From contig NC_068982.1 in NCBI RefSeq assembly GCF_001194135.2, forward strand, positions 94,546,741-94,593,409: a stretch of DNA of 46,669 nucleotides, read 5' to 3'. This document shows, in pieces, positions 21,958 to 34,992 of the stretch. Below the pieces are notes generated by a model, which was not told the origin of the DNA, searched no databases, and saw only the letters and a program-made list of their open reading frames with translations. This DNA comes from Octopus bimaculoides (lineage: Eukaryota). How positions within the stretch are numbered: the stretch's first letter is position 1; every line of letters begins with the position of its first letter. Made by a program: the position numbers and the translations under genes.

Positions 21958-24479
21958 TGCATCTGTCAAATGCTAGATCACAATCGTTTCAATCGATTTT
22001 AATTACGCATCAAAAGTATGTCTTCATACCAATATATGTTATGAACATTCGAAAGCCAATAAGTTCCTAGCACAAATATTCTCATGGGTTTTTATATAGT
22101 CATGGAAAATCTTATTCATTTTTTTTTTCTCTAAGCCAGGTCTGCATCAACTGACTAATGACTCTTCACATGGCCAAAGTTAAGACTTGGGAAGGAAAAG
22201 CTATAGCAATCTCGATTCGATCGAGACTAGTAATATTAAAAGTACATATTTAACTGAATTTGAGATTTGAAACGTATTAGTGGTGTTAATGCCATCATAC
22301 AATGAAAAAGTATAATGTAATTACTTAATAATACCTTCGCAATGAGAAGAAACTATATTTCAATGACAAATTTATTTTCTCTGATCTTTGAATTAACAGC
22401 GGTAATTCTAGATGAGTTTCACTCTTATTAGATCATCACAGCGAAAGATAGACTTCCCTTAGATAACCAAATTACTTATTGATAAAATAATAATTGTATT
22501 GATGTACAGTAATATACATGATAGCCGTGAAACAATGATAATGACTAAGAGTCGCCACCCACGCGAAAAATATAAGTAAATTTCGTGCTATCTTACTTTA
22601 TGGAGAAAGAGAAAATCTAATCAATAATTTTTAAGAGGTGAGAAGTACACATTGGCAAATTTCCTATCTTTCACGAAAACGAAAGACATCTCTGTACAGG
22701 TTCTGTGATATTAAATTAAAATAATATCAATTATTAATTTGTTGTAACTTGTTGTTTGCTTCTGTTTATAGATTAAGTATTATCAATTTATCAAACTCTT
22801 TCTTTCTCACTGCATTAAATAATATGACGGCAATAACTTAACTGTTATTTTTCGAGTGGATTGCTTCTCTGAATAATTTCGTTTGTTCATTAAAATGAGA
22901 AGCTTGCTTTGGTGCTATTGAAGATTATTATGAAGAAGGGAGAAGCTACATGAAATTTAAATTAATTAGGTATATAATATAAATTAGTACATATTAATTT
23001 CTGCACTAATAAACATGCCATTGATGAACTAGATGAAACAATTTTCCATACGAGTTAAATCAAATTACAGATCATATTAATATGAAATTATAAGATAACA
23101 TCACTGTCATGATTTCCAGATAACCAATTAGATATAATATTACTAAATAAGACATGTTATTTAAATTTTCTTTTAGTTTAAAATCAAATTAATTGTATTT
23201 CTTTGATCTTCGAATTACCAAACACAAAACGCGGGAAAAAAAGATCTGGAAAAAGTGTGATCTTTTTTTTTCCTGTTATTTCTTAAAAGAAACTAATATA
23301 TATTTTTACAAAAATATCTTTTTTCGAATCATTTGTTTATTTTAGATATATTTATGAAATTAAAAGCAGCAAATTGTTTTGCAAAGTAATCAGTTTTGCA
23401 ATGAACAAAGTCTATGCGGTCTATAGTGGAGTTGCGGTTCCATTCCTATACGAAACAGAATATTCATTTCTTCTATATTAAATATACATCAGACGAGTAA
23501 ACAAAAATGTTACAGATCATGAAATTACGACATGACCGAGTTAATGAGAAAGTCTGGATGCAATCTGCCGATCCGTTAGGATTAGCGGACAAAACTGCTT
23601 AGACACTGCTTAGTCATGCATTCTATAATAAAAGAAAAAAATATTGTCACAGCTTGAAGATCGATCAAGTGAGAGAGTCCGGCTTGTAATAATATCCCAA
23701 TCAACTCCGAGCTTGAAACAAATTCGAAATACATTGTATATGTCGAAAGATTCCAGCACAAATCTTTCACAAAAACAGATTACACAAATTACCAAACGCT
23801 CTCCAACATAGTTTGAACTCAACGAAAATATTGATACCTGAGTCTACGTTAGATAACGATGTATTAGACACAAGAAACTTGAATAAAAGGTTGAATGGTT
23901 ATATTTCAGCTCCTTGGATATATCACCGAAATTTAATCATAAACATATTTAATTCACAAATGCAAAGGCAATGCAGAATTACATTAAGTCGTACAATATC
24001 ATCATACCTAAACTTTGATAAAATTGTTGTTATTGTAAAACTTCCACAAACACGTAGTTGTAAGCAGAGCATGAGCTTACCCACATCCTTTTTTCCTGAT
24101 AGCATAATCTGAACCGTGGCACTTCGACCGTGTACCAGATAGAAACACAGGCAGTCTAGAGAAAGTACGCTGCAAAACTCAAACAGATCAAATGTTGATT
24201 TCCTTTATCATAGCGGTTAGCATAAAATGTGGTACTGTTCTTGGCGAACCTGCTTAAAGATACCTAACATATGCAAAAGTCAATCGTAGGCACAAATAGA
24301 TATATAAAACAATAACATATTTAACAGCAACTTGGTACATCAAAGTTGCTGTCATCATTGAGAATTTTTAACTACCACTTTTGCAAGCATAGGACATAGG
24401 ATGGAATTAGCTAACAATAATCTTATGAATATTTCCCAAGGAAATACTACAAAAGCAAGAAAAGGATCGCAGATCATTC

Positions 24480-24711
24480 TGAGTCATAGGTTCATGAGGA
24501 CGGCTTCCCGGATTCTTTGGTTTATATATTTCCCAGCTGAACGAGACGCCGGTCCGTCGCAGGATTAATCTTCTTTACAAACTGTGTGGAGTGGAACAAC
24601 GTGAAATGAAGTTTTTTGCTCAAGAACACAACGCATCACCCAGTCCATGTATCGAAATCAAAATCTTACGATCATGGGCGTAACATCTTAACCGTTAAGC
24701 CATGCAACTCC
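24480..24711 (-). mobile_element. tRNA-derived SINE family C
   Basis: Head gcatggcttaacggttaagatgttacgcccatgatcgtaagattttgatttcgatac, then gatgcgttgtgttcttgagcaaaaaacttcatttcacgttg; second copy at 34340-34473. Confidence 0.75.
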
Positions 24712-25397
24712 CCAAGGAAATACCTACACACCATATATGTTTGTGTATATTGCTTTAGAACATCCGGAAACTGTAATTTCAGCAAAGGTGTATCACAGAC
24801 TTCTATCCATTTACGCTTAACTTTAATTTATAACAACGTAACATTTCGACATCTCTCCTCACCAGCAAAATAACATCATATACCTATGATATCAAATTCA
24901 TCGCCCACCCATTTTGTGTACAACGTTTCTCTGTTGACATTCATCTGCGATAGCAAATAACATTGAACACACGCAACAATCATAGTCAACAAAATATAGC
25001 AATATTAAGAATTATGTACTCCAGTGCCACCCCACCAATATATATATATATCTATAATAATACATGCCAAAACGAATTCCTGTGTACCAGTGTGTCACAC
25101 TTTGATCCCCCTCTCTCACAATTCAATGATACTGCTGCTATTCCTCATGTTGGGGTGAGACTAATAGTAGGCATAGAGACGGTGAGATCGGTAGATTGAC
25201 GGCTGAGATGGTATTGGGATGATAGTAATAGTATGAGCTGTAGTTATGATAGAGGTGGAGCGATGGTAATTATGGTGGTGGTGGCGGTAGGGAAGGTGGC
25301 GAAGTAAAAGGTATTAATGGTCGTGGCGTCAGAAGTCTGGATTATGTGTATGTGACAGTTGTGGTGGTGATGATTCTGGTACTGGTTGAAAACAATC

Positions 25398-25399
<2 letters not shown>

Positions 25400-25465
<66 letters not shown>

Positions 25466-25500
25466 AAGAGATAGACAGGCAGACAGAGAAAGAAAGAAAG
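25400..25500. repeat. (GA)n microsatellite
   Basis: Direct. Confidence 0.95.
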
Positions 25501-25917
25501 AGTTTAGATAGAAAAAAAATTGTACTGAACCCTCAATGGAAAGACAAAAAATGTTGTTTATCATGCAGCTTGGCGATGAGTTCCAAGTCGACAAATTATA
25601 ACATTGTTTTGATGAAAATTGTTCATTCTTCAAGGCGGTGCCCCCAAAATGGCCGCACTCTAGCGACTGAAACAATATGTATACATGCGCATCCCCACAC
25701 ACATAAACACATGCACACACATGCACACACATGCACACACATACGCACGCGCACATGCACACACATACACACACATACACACACATACACACACATACAC
25801 ATACATACACATACTTGACAGTGCTCAACAACCGGTTACGACAATATTCTGAGATACTAACAGTCTCACTTAGTTAACATATATATAAAAGAGCAGACGA
25901 ATCATACAGCAGTAGCA

Positions 25918-25978
25918 TCTATCACTGCATAGTCTATAGCTCTATCACTGCATAGTCTATAGCTTTATCACTGCATAC
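25918..25978. repeat. 23-bp minisatellite, about 2.6 copies (TCTATCACTGCATAGTCTATAGC)
   Basis: Direct: two exact copies plus a partial third with one mismatch. Confidence 0.9.
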
Positions 25979-26382
25979 TATTTTGAACACTGTCAGATCT
26001 AAGTGTAGAATAGACTGGTTTACTCCGACCTAATTCCCTGTGTTTACTCCAGGTACAATCATCACGAAGTTACATGAACATCACGTAGAGTTAAAAGCAT
26101 CCACGTACCAAACTACTTAAATTGTACACCAACCAAATCATACATATTGGAGATTGGAGTGAGATTTTTAACCATACACAGACTTCATATATCTGAAGTA
26201 ATGGATATAATGGTCACTCTTTGTATTTCGACTCAATATTTCTACACCATAGACTTTGTCAGTAAAAATCAACAGCAACACCAAAAATTTTTATTCGGTA
26301 ACAAACTACTGTCACAAAGTACGTTTAAAAAAGGCAGGATTAACGACTGGCATTTTTTATTTATTATATTTATTCATATATA

Positions 26383-26383
<1 letters not shown>

Positions 26384-26443
<60 letters not shown>

Positions 26444-26462
26444 CGTGTGTGTGTGTGTGCGT
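26384..26462. repeat. (GT)n microsatellite
   Basis: Direct. Confidence 0.95.
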
Positions 26463-28152
26463 GTTGCATTGTCGACTTTTATTCGTAATGTTCCCCTTTT
26501 CTTGTTATAAAGATATTTTTGTTAAAGACAATATCAACCTCCCGCTTGCTTGGATTCTTATAACTTATCACCTCATGGTAGGCTGTGTCAGAATTAACTT
26601 AAATGTTGAAAAAATAGCCATCCCACTAGCTACAGGCCTACTAGACCCCACTTCCAGTTCATATGATATTGCTTCTCTTGTTCTGTTTTTGAACAATTGG
26701 CTTACATTGTTATCTATACAACAGCAACCTGTGATGCTTTTGTAAAAAAAAAATATCTCAATGGAATTTTCTCATCTGATATTATAGATAATATAAAATT
26801 GTTTGCCGAAAGACCTCTTCATAAAAAATCTACTTTATTCCGAAACTCTGTAGACTCATTTGGGAATTTTGTGGGATTAAATATCTTGAAATATTTCTAA
26901 TAGATGTTCCTCGATTAGTTTTAATAGCTTCCATTAGAGTTTTGATCGTCACTTCCATTAGTTAACAATGGTATGCTTTACTACTTTACTTTAAGTGAGG
27001 TTACACATCACTAAATTTACGAAATCCATTTTTCGATTCTCATTTAGAAATTGACGATAACATATTCTACTGAAGTCGTTTGTAGGCGTAAAACAAACAA
27101 AAGCAAATTGCATAGCAATTTTGTTTTGGGGCTATAGCTTTCGGTTTATTGATACTGTTAACACCGGCCATTAGATATGTTTGTCTTTTATTCAGATTAA
27201 AGTATTCTCAGTTGTTATTCTATAGTGTTTACAGCATAACAGGGCCGGCTACTGTTACCTGCTAATAAAACCTTGAAGAGATTTGATAAAACAACATTGA
27301 TATAGCATGCATCTAGAATTTGTTATATAAAAAGGCTAATAGATATTTTACAAGATGGAATAGAAAATATCGGACTGCCAGCTGCGTAAGTAGGGGTGAT
27401 TCGCGCTCAACACCTGGACATCAACGGACATTTCTACAGAATATAGATATCTAAGCTCTTGACAATACTCAAGTTTGTTTGACACCATTAGAATAAGTGT
27501 AGAAGCTTTATTAATACTGCAATCAGGGACTATATAAAAACAGAAGGTTTTGAACATCTGCGCTTGGCTACATGATTATCTTTCATTAATTTATATAATG
27601 GCTTCGCTAATTTTTTTAATATTTTGCTGGTAGAAAAACTCACAAGTAACACAGCCAGACAAAGAAATGCCAGCTGATCTTATATTTACCAAATGGTGTA
27701 CAGAGATATAGATATTTCATTTTAGTATTTACAATAAGTTGATATAAAATATATGCATCTGTGACTTTTACAATGAAGTAATGGTAATTGACTTATCATG
27801 AAGAAAACACAGGGTTAAATAGTTTGCATAAAAGAAGCTATGTATTTATCAGTTGGCAATCGTAGTTAAAGCAAAAAGAGTATCGCAGCATAAGACATCT
27901 TCCAGAATATTTCACTGAAAATTATCAGACATGTGAAAAGAACAGTATATATCAATCTAAAATGCAATAAAATAATAACGTAAAGGAATAGTGAGCGTGA
28001 GAATATAAAATATGAAATATAAATTTAGAAAGTTGGTAGAGTAAGAAATATAAAACGAAAGCTCACGAAAATGTATTGCAAGGTTTTCGCACGTATATTT
28101 TTTAGTTACAGATAACCGTAACATTGTGTGCGTACTTATGCGTTTAACATAT

Positions 28153-28193
<41 letters not shown>

Positions 28194-28512
28194 NNNNNNN
28201 NNNNNNNNNNNNNNNNNNNNNNNNNNNNNNNNNNNNNNNNNNNNNNNNNNNNNNNNNNNNNNNNNNNNNNNNNNNNNNNNNNNNNNNNNNNNNNNNNNNN
28301 NNNNNNNNNNNNNNNNNNNNNNNNNNNNNNNNNNNNNNNNNNNNNNNNNNNNNNNNNNNNNNNNNNNNNNNNNNNNNNNNNNNNNNNNNNNNNNNNNNNN
28401 NNNNNNNNNNNNNNNNNNNNNNNNNNNNNNNNNNNNNNNNNNNNNNNNNNNNNNNNNNNNNNNNNNNNNNNNNNNNNNNNNNNNNNNNNNNNNNNNNNNN
28501 NNNNNNNNNNNN
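28194..28512. other. Assembly gap (N)
   Basis: N run. Confidence 1.
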
Positions 28513-29265
28513 TACCACACACCACACACACACATGCACACACATGCACACACATGCACACACACATGCACACACACATGCACACACACATGCACACACA
28601 TATGCACACACACCACATACACCACATACACCACATGCATAACACTCACACATAACACACATCCGTCTCCCTATCACGCACCCACATACACACACACTCA
28701 GACACACACACAACACACACACAACGTACACTGACACAGGCATACATATACATGCATGTACATACACCTCCACACACACTCACACACACATACACACACA
28801 CACATACCCATAGGTACACATGTATACACGCACATATAGCTATATAGCGTGAGTGAGAGAGACAGAGTGACAGAGAGAGAGACAGAGTGACAGAGAGAGA
28901 GACAGAGTGACAGAGAGAGAGACAGAGTGACAGAGAGAGAGACAGAGTGACAGAGAGAGAGACACGCACGTACACGCACCCATACACATATGCACACGCA
29001 TACATACATACACACACACGATTCACACGCATACACGCACACTCACGAACGCACACACACATGAACGACGCAGATATAACTGCACACACACAAACCACCA
29101 CACACTCAACTCACACACAATGCACGCACACATGCACACATATACATACACGTACATACACTTCCACACCCACTCACACGCACATAGGCACACTCACAAA
29201 TCCCCCTCACACATACATCCCCCACACAGACACATCCCCACACTAACACACGTACACACACACAC

Positions 29266-29296
<31 letters not shown>
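28513..29296 (-). repeat. Complex microsatellite-like repeat including a 20-bp tandem unit (GACAGAGTGACAGAGAGAGA) at 28861-28940
   Basis: Four exact 20-mers. Motifs are shared with 17690-18170 and internally repeated ~400 bp apart. Confidence 0.7.
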
Positions 29297-30029
29297 NNNN
29301 NNNNNNNNNNNNNNNNNNNNNNNNNNNNNNNNNNNNNNNNNNNNNNNNNNNNNNNNNNNNNNNNNNNNNNNNNNNNNNNNNNNNNNNNNNNNNNNNNNNN
29401 NNNNNNNNNNNNNNNNNNNNNNNNNNNNNNNNNNNNNNNNNNNNNNNNNNNNNNNNNNNNNNNNNNNNNNNNNNNNNNNNNNNNNNNNNNNNNNNNNNNN
29501 NNNNNNNNNNNNNNNNNNNNNNNNNNNNNNNNNNNNNNNNNNNNNNNNNNNNNNNNNNNNNNNNNNNNNNNNNNNNNNNNNNNNNNNNNNNNNNNNNNNN
29601 NNNNNNNNNNNNNNNNNNNNNNNNNNNNNNNNNNNNNNNNNNNNNNNNNNNNNNNNNNNNNNNNNNNNNNNNNNNNNNNNNNNNNNNNNNNNNNNNNNNN
29701 NNNNNNNNNNNNNNNNNNNNNNNNNNNNNNNNNNNNNNNNNNNNNNNNNNNNNNNNNNNNNNNNNNNNNNNNNNNNNNNNNNNNNNNNNNNNNNNNNNNN
29801 NNNNNNNNNNNNNNNNNNNNNNNNNNNNNNNNNNNNNNNNNNNNNNNNNNNNNNNNNNNNNNNNNNNNNNNNNNNNNNNNNNNNNNNNNNNNNNNNNNNN
29901 NNNNNNNNNNNNNNNNNNNNNNNNNNNNNNNNNNNNNNNNNNNNNNNNNNNNNNNNNNNNNNNNNNNNNNNNNNNNNNNNNNNNNNNNNNNNNNNNNNNN
30001 NNNNNNNNNNNNNNNNNNNNNNNNNNNNN
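29297..30029. other. Assembly gap (N)
   Basis: N run flanked by (AT)n. Confidence 1.
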
Positions 30030-30400
30030 TATATACAGGCATATATGGGTACAGGACCTTACCAACGGTGCAAATAACATGACATATTTAAACAAAGAGG
30101 TAAATGCGTAAACAACGAGAAAATGGAAAACAAGACAAGTAAACACAGAGAAAGGACCCTTCATCAGTTGTCGGCTGTCTATCTACTCCTCGTTTCTAGC
30201 ATTCAAAGACAATATGAGTCTTCAAAGACAGTTTCTCCCATAAATTCTAAAATAAAATTTAGGATTTATGGAGGGTCTGAGTTGGGAACAAAAACATGAC
30301 AGTGGCGACATATAAGGAAACCGAACGAAAACAAACATGGAGGGTCGTTAGACCAGAGCAATAAGAAAATATTGAACGCTGGGAAAATAGTGTAAACATA
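30030..30400. repeat. Probable dispersed repeat of unknown class
   Basis: Sequence tatatgggtacaggac...cccttcatcagttgtcggctgtctatctactcc...aaataaaatttaggattt...ggagggtcgttag looks like a common octopus repeat from recollection; there is no second copy in this window. Confidence 0.4.
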
Positions 30401-32893
30401 GACGAGAGAGAGAGAGAAAAAACGGATGGTTTACACACGGTAACTTACTGATCACTTTCACAGTGATCGTTATGTATATGGCAAATGAAAGACGGAAGAT
30501 GGAATATACGAGACTTTATTATTTATCATGACAATTGTTTCGACACATCCAGCATCGATCCTTCAAGGATGGGACACTCAACAACTGGTTCAGAAGCATC
30601 CGGTGATGCAGATGTGTCATATAAGGTGATAAATAGACACAACTCGTTAAAATAACAGTGCAATTTAATGTCTACTTTTGATGTGGAATGAAACGCAGCC
30701 GGGCGGAGGAAAAATCTTCATTTACATAGAGCAAAAATAAAATCACAGATGGAAAAAAGAGAAACGAATACGCAATACAGCGAGAAAATTATTAAAAAGA
30801 ACTGTTAAAAAAAATGGACGTATAAACGCCCTCGGGCAAGCTGTACGGCGCGAGTGCACTCGCTCATACAAGCATCCACGAAAATGCGAGCATACTCATA
30901 CGTAAGGTTTGGTGCACTCCTGATCACAAAGCAAGTTCACTATCTACTCGGTGTTTGTAAGAATGGGGAGATTAACTGTAAATTTAAGTCAACCATACCT
31001 TAAAGTAAATTATGTTAACAGTTACTGAAAATTCATTCCCACTGCATTTTTTCGAAAGTACATTTATATGCGTGTAGTAATCTCGAGACTCTTTTAGAAA
31101 TTCTATTAATGATCTTCTCCTTAGTCCACAGAATAGACAAGGATTCCTCGGAGCATGGACGGCATCTCCTTGAAATTATATTGTATGGTTTCACGTGCCT
31201 TAATATGGACCAAGGTGAGATTGGAATGTGTAGAGATGGAGTGGGGTTACGAGGGAGGGGTGACGATGAAGCGGGAAAAGAGAAGGTGGGTAGGAGTGAA
31301 GAGAAGAGAGAAGGAGAGTAGGAGTGAAAAGAAGATGTAGGAGTCGGAGCAAGAAAAGAGAGTTGGGTGAGAGGAAGTATGTGTGAGGAGGAGAGAAGCG
31401 AGGAGAGGAGGTTAGATGAAGAGGGGAGGAGAGTTGAGCCCATGTGTCGCAAAGGAGCGAAGAGAGAAGATTAATTCCTGTTCATGGCGCAAATGGGAGT
31501 CCGAATGGCCCCTGTGCAAGGACAATCTGAACACTAATGTACTGAGAATTATGCCTTTTTTTCCATAGAAATATTGTATACCTCCCTATACTTCCTTCAC
31601 CTGTAAATAATAATAATTTGATAGATCCTAAATACCTAACTGAATAGTGCTGATGTGATCCAAGGAGACTGAAATAACAGCTGTATGCGGATGATAAGGG
31701 CGGTATGATTAAAAGAAAGTATAATCAAATAAATGCATAAAGATACTTTTTGTACTTCTTACTGAAAACAACATTAGTAGTGTGGATTTTGGGAACAACC
31801 AAACAATAAGGTTCAGGCAATTTTAATAGTGTTTACTAAAGTAGAGATTTAACAGTAAACTCTAGTACATTGTGAGGTTGGCTATGTATTGTTGCTACCG
31901 AAACAATCTAGGTAAAATAAGGAAGAGAAAAAGAAAAATGCGTGTATGTAAAGTCTGTATTTTAAATATATTGTGCATATTTGTCTATGCGCGTGTATTT
32001 GTGTTTTATGTGAGCGTGACAAGATTTGTATATTTGTGTGAGCGCATGTTCAAATATTAATATAAAGTTAACAAGAATGACATGGAAATATTAAAATATG
32101 TTATTATACAAAGGATTCAGTTGAAATATGCTTAACATAATATGTTTGAGTTCAATATAAATCTATTATATATGTTTCTGACTATTATGAATTACTTTAT
32201 TTAATAAATTTAAATATCATAGTGCACGCGATTTATGTTTGTGCGATTCTATGTTATTAGCGTAGAATCTAGAAGATATAAAGTATCGTTCTAAAATGAT
32301 TGAATAACGTTTAAGGTCTTTCACGAAAAATTATATTATGAATGAACAAATATTCGTCTTCTTATAGTTGCGGTTTGGTACTCTCAGTCACAATATATTC
32401 ATGGGTGTTATCATGCTTTCTTTGGTATGAATAAAGCCGGTGATCCCCGAGCTCTTTTCTTTCAGACGTGATTTATAATCGGGAATTATTCATTGAATGT
32501 TTGCCTCTCCGCAGGCTTTATGTACAGTAAAGATTTATACTCGGAGTTGTCCTTCCTCAAGTCCGGCTGCTTTTCAAGGCTGCTGGCCGCCTACCAGTTA
32601 TACGGCTGTTATATTTGTAGGTATAGCAGTGCCTCCTCCCAGAGACATTCTTTACCAAAAGCTAAAGGATTATTCACTCCCAGTAGTCCTACAACACGCT
32701 GGGCACAAACCTGGAGTTTCTAAGACCCAATGCTACTGGTAGATCATCATTGAATTTACACTAAAATCGTCATTCATTTTCTGCAGTTATTGTTTTTGCT
32801 CTGCTGGCTTTCTTGCAACATACTTCACCAGCCAAAAGTAGATTCATAACATTGAATATAAACATTCAATATGTCAACTAAATTACATTGCAA

Positions 32894-33114
32894 TACAAGG
32901 GAGTGCTGAAAAGTTCCTAGCTTTAACTGTATCGCAGAAGACATGTTTGGAGGCCCAAGCTTCTAAGTTATTTTACAGGACCTAGATAAACTGAAGGACC
33001 GCTACAATAAGTGTGTGTATCTGAGAGGGGAATATAGTGAACAAAATCATAATTAACTGATACTCCAGAGTTTTCTTTAAACCAAAGCCAGGAACTTTCC
33101 AGGATCCCCTCGTA
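32894..33114 (+). mobile_element. Internally deleted mariner (MITE-like), with TIRs and TA target site duplication
   Basis: TA|CAAGGGAGTGCTGAAAAGTTCCTAGCTTT ... AAAGCCAGGAACTTTCCAGGATCCCCTCG|TA. The interior encodes LQDLDKLKDRYNKCVYLRGEYSEQ, resembling a mariner transposase C-terminus. Confidence 0.8.
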
Positions 33115-33175
33115 TTTACCACACAGCCACTCGAATTTATATATATATATATATATGTGTGTGTGTACATAATAC

Positions 33176-33540
33176 ATGTTGTTGTTGTTGGCACTCCGTT
33201 GCTTACGACGTCGAGGGTTCCAGTTGATCTGGATGCCATGGCGTGATTTTGTTTAAGGTGGACCGCCACTTGCCAGGCAGAAGCCCATTCAGAGGATGTC
33301 ATCAGTGGCAATGTGGAGGAGACGTACTGACTTTGACCTGTGAGTTGCAGCGAGCTGCCGTGGATCAGTTCTCTTAGGCCACGCCTTGTTGTAGCCAGCC
33401 CGCTTGGCATAGCCTTCTTCCGCTGTCACAGCCATTGAGAGACAGATGTCACTTCGTCTGCCTGATCAACCGTTGAGGACTTTATGATTCCTTCTCGTAG
33501 CCTTAGCCTAAAGAGGCGTCCTGCAAGGCAGCAGAGGAGG
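33176..33540 (-). mobile_element. Internally deleted RTE-like LINE derivative
   Basis: GC-rich block ending on the - strand in ...gtcgtaagcaacggagtgcc(AAC)n, with coding-like remnants GYAKRAGYNKAWPKRTDPRQLAATHRSKSVRL and EWASAWQVAVHL. Clade assignment is from recollection of similar mollusc repeats. Confidence 0.5.
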
Positions 33541-33559
33541 ATCCAATTTTACCCATCGG

Positions 33560-33706
33560 TGGGGCCCTAACTGGTGCTACCACTCCGGGCCAGAGTGAAC
33601 TTGGGAGAAATGGCAACTAAGGGGTGTCTCCACGCTCCCCATAACTCCTGTCCTCCCGAACTGGAGCTTCACCACCGGTTGCAGTTTTGTGTCTTACCCA
33701 GGACAA
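33560..33706 (+). mobile_element. Retroposon 3' end / SINE-like repeat followed by a (TACA)n tail
   Basis: ggtgctaccactccgggccagagtgaacttgggagaaatggcaactaaggggtgtctccac...gaactggagcttcaccaccggttgcagttttgtgtcttacccaggacaac, then a simple-repeat tail. Confidence 0.5.
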
Positions 33707-33715
33707 CGTAATACA

Positions 33716-33777
<62 letters not shown>

Positions 33778-34339
33778 TATGTGTATTTCTTCTATCTTAA
33801 TGAATACAAATTCTTCTGATAGAATAAATGGGTTAATAGAAACCAACGTAGCAAAGAACACAAAATAACTGTGGTTTAGTTCCTGTTTTTAAGGCAGGAA
33901 CTCCTTGAAATTTTGGGTATTTGAGTATATTTAATAATTTAAGGAATGGAGAAAACGCATGTTATAATTGCATACTTTATTCCTACATATGTTTCAAAGG
34001 ATTACAACCTGTGTGATCCATAGGGATCTTTGATATTAAAATTGTAACCTTCGCATCAGGGAAAGCATGGGAATCATCTTACATATATATATATTTATGT
34101 ATGTATGTATGCATGTACGCATGTATGTATGTATGTATGTATGCATGCATGCATGCATGTATATATGTATGTATGATTGTTTACGCGAGTTCGAAAAAGA
34201 GGCTACTTTAATTCCTTGCTGTAGAACCTGTACAGACGATCTGTCTACAGTGATCAAACAAAAGCTTGTGCTGCATATACGCTCATTCCCTTTATCAAAT
34301 CAGTATTATCTGTACTAGTGCACGCTTTGCTATACGTCA

Positions 34340-34473
34340 GCTGTCAGAAGGATCGCCAAGCAGCGTGAGATGAAGTGATTTGCTCCAGAACAAAACGCAC
34401 CACCGTCCCGGGGATTGAAACTACAATCTCAGGACCATGAGTGTAACACCCTAATCACAAGGCTACGCACCCT
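34340..34473 (-). mobile_element. tRNA-derived SINE family C
   Basis: A-box-like TAGCCTTGTGA and B-box-like GTTTCAATCC, followed by ggtgcgttttgttctggagcaaatcacttcatctcacgctg as at 24480-24711. Confidence 0.75.
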
Positions 34474-34481
34474 AATGTGTA

Positions 34482-34532
<51 letters not shown>

Positions 34533-34911
34533 NNNNNNNNNNNNNNNNNNNNNNNNNNNNNNNNNNNNNNNNNNNNNNNNNNNNNNNNNNNNNNNNNNNN
34601 NNNNNNNNNNNNNNNNNNNNNNNNNNNNNNNNNNNNNNNNNNNNNNNNNNNNNNNNNNNNNNNNNNNNNNNNNNNNNNNNNNNNNNNNNNNNNNNNNNNN
34701 NNNNNNNNNNNNNNNNNNNNNNNNNNNNNNNNNNNNNNNNNNNNNNNNNNNNNNNNNNNNNNNNNNNNNNNNNNNNNNNNNNNNNNNNNNNNNNNNNNNN
34801 NNNNNNNNNNNNNNNNNNNNNNNNNNNNNNNNNNNNNNNNNNNNNNNNNNNNNNNNNNNNNNNNNNNNNNNNNNNNNNNNNNNNNNNNNNNNNNNNNNNN
34901 NNNNNNNNNNN
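34533..34911. other. Assembly gap (N) inside (GT)n
   Basis: N run. Confidence 1.
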
Positions 34912-34959
<48 letters not shown>

Positions 34960-34992
34960 TGCGTGCGTGTGTGTGTGTCTTTGTTTCTTTAT

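Noticed and set aside
25918-25978. 23-bp direct repeats as a possible CRISPR-like array
   Set aside because: Head-to-tail tandem copies with no spacers, in eukaryotic context.
30150-30200. GAAAC...CUGAUGA pair on the - strand, in the same order as at the HERO 3' end
   Set aside because: The flanks cannot form stem II and no stem III/UH can be drawn.
32493-32742. Two overlapping ORFs with a good acceptor (ctctccgcag)
   Set aside because: The sequence (gagttgtccttc...caaggct / taccaaaagctaaagg) resembles a LINE-associated repeat as I recall it; exon status is unsupported.
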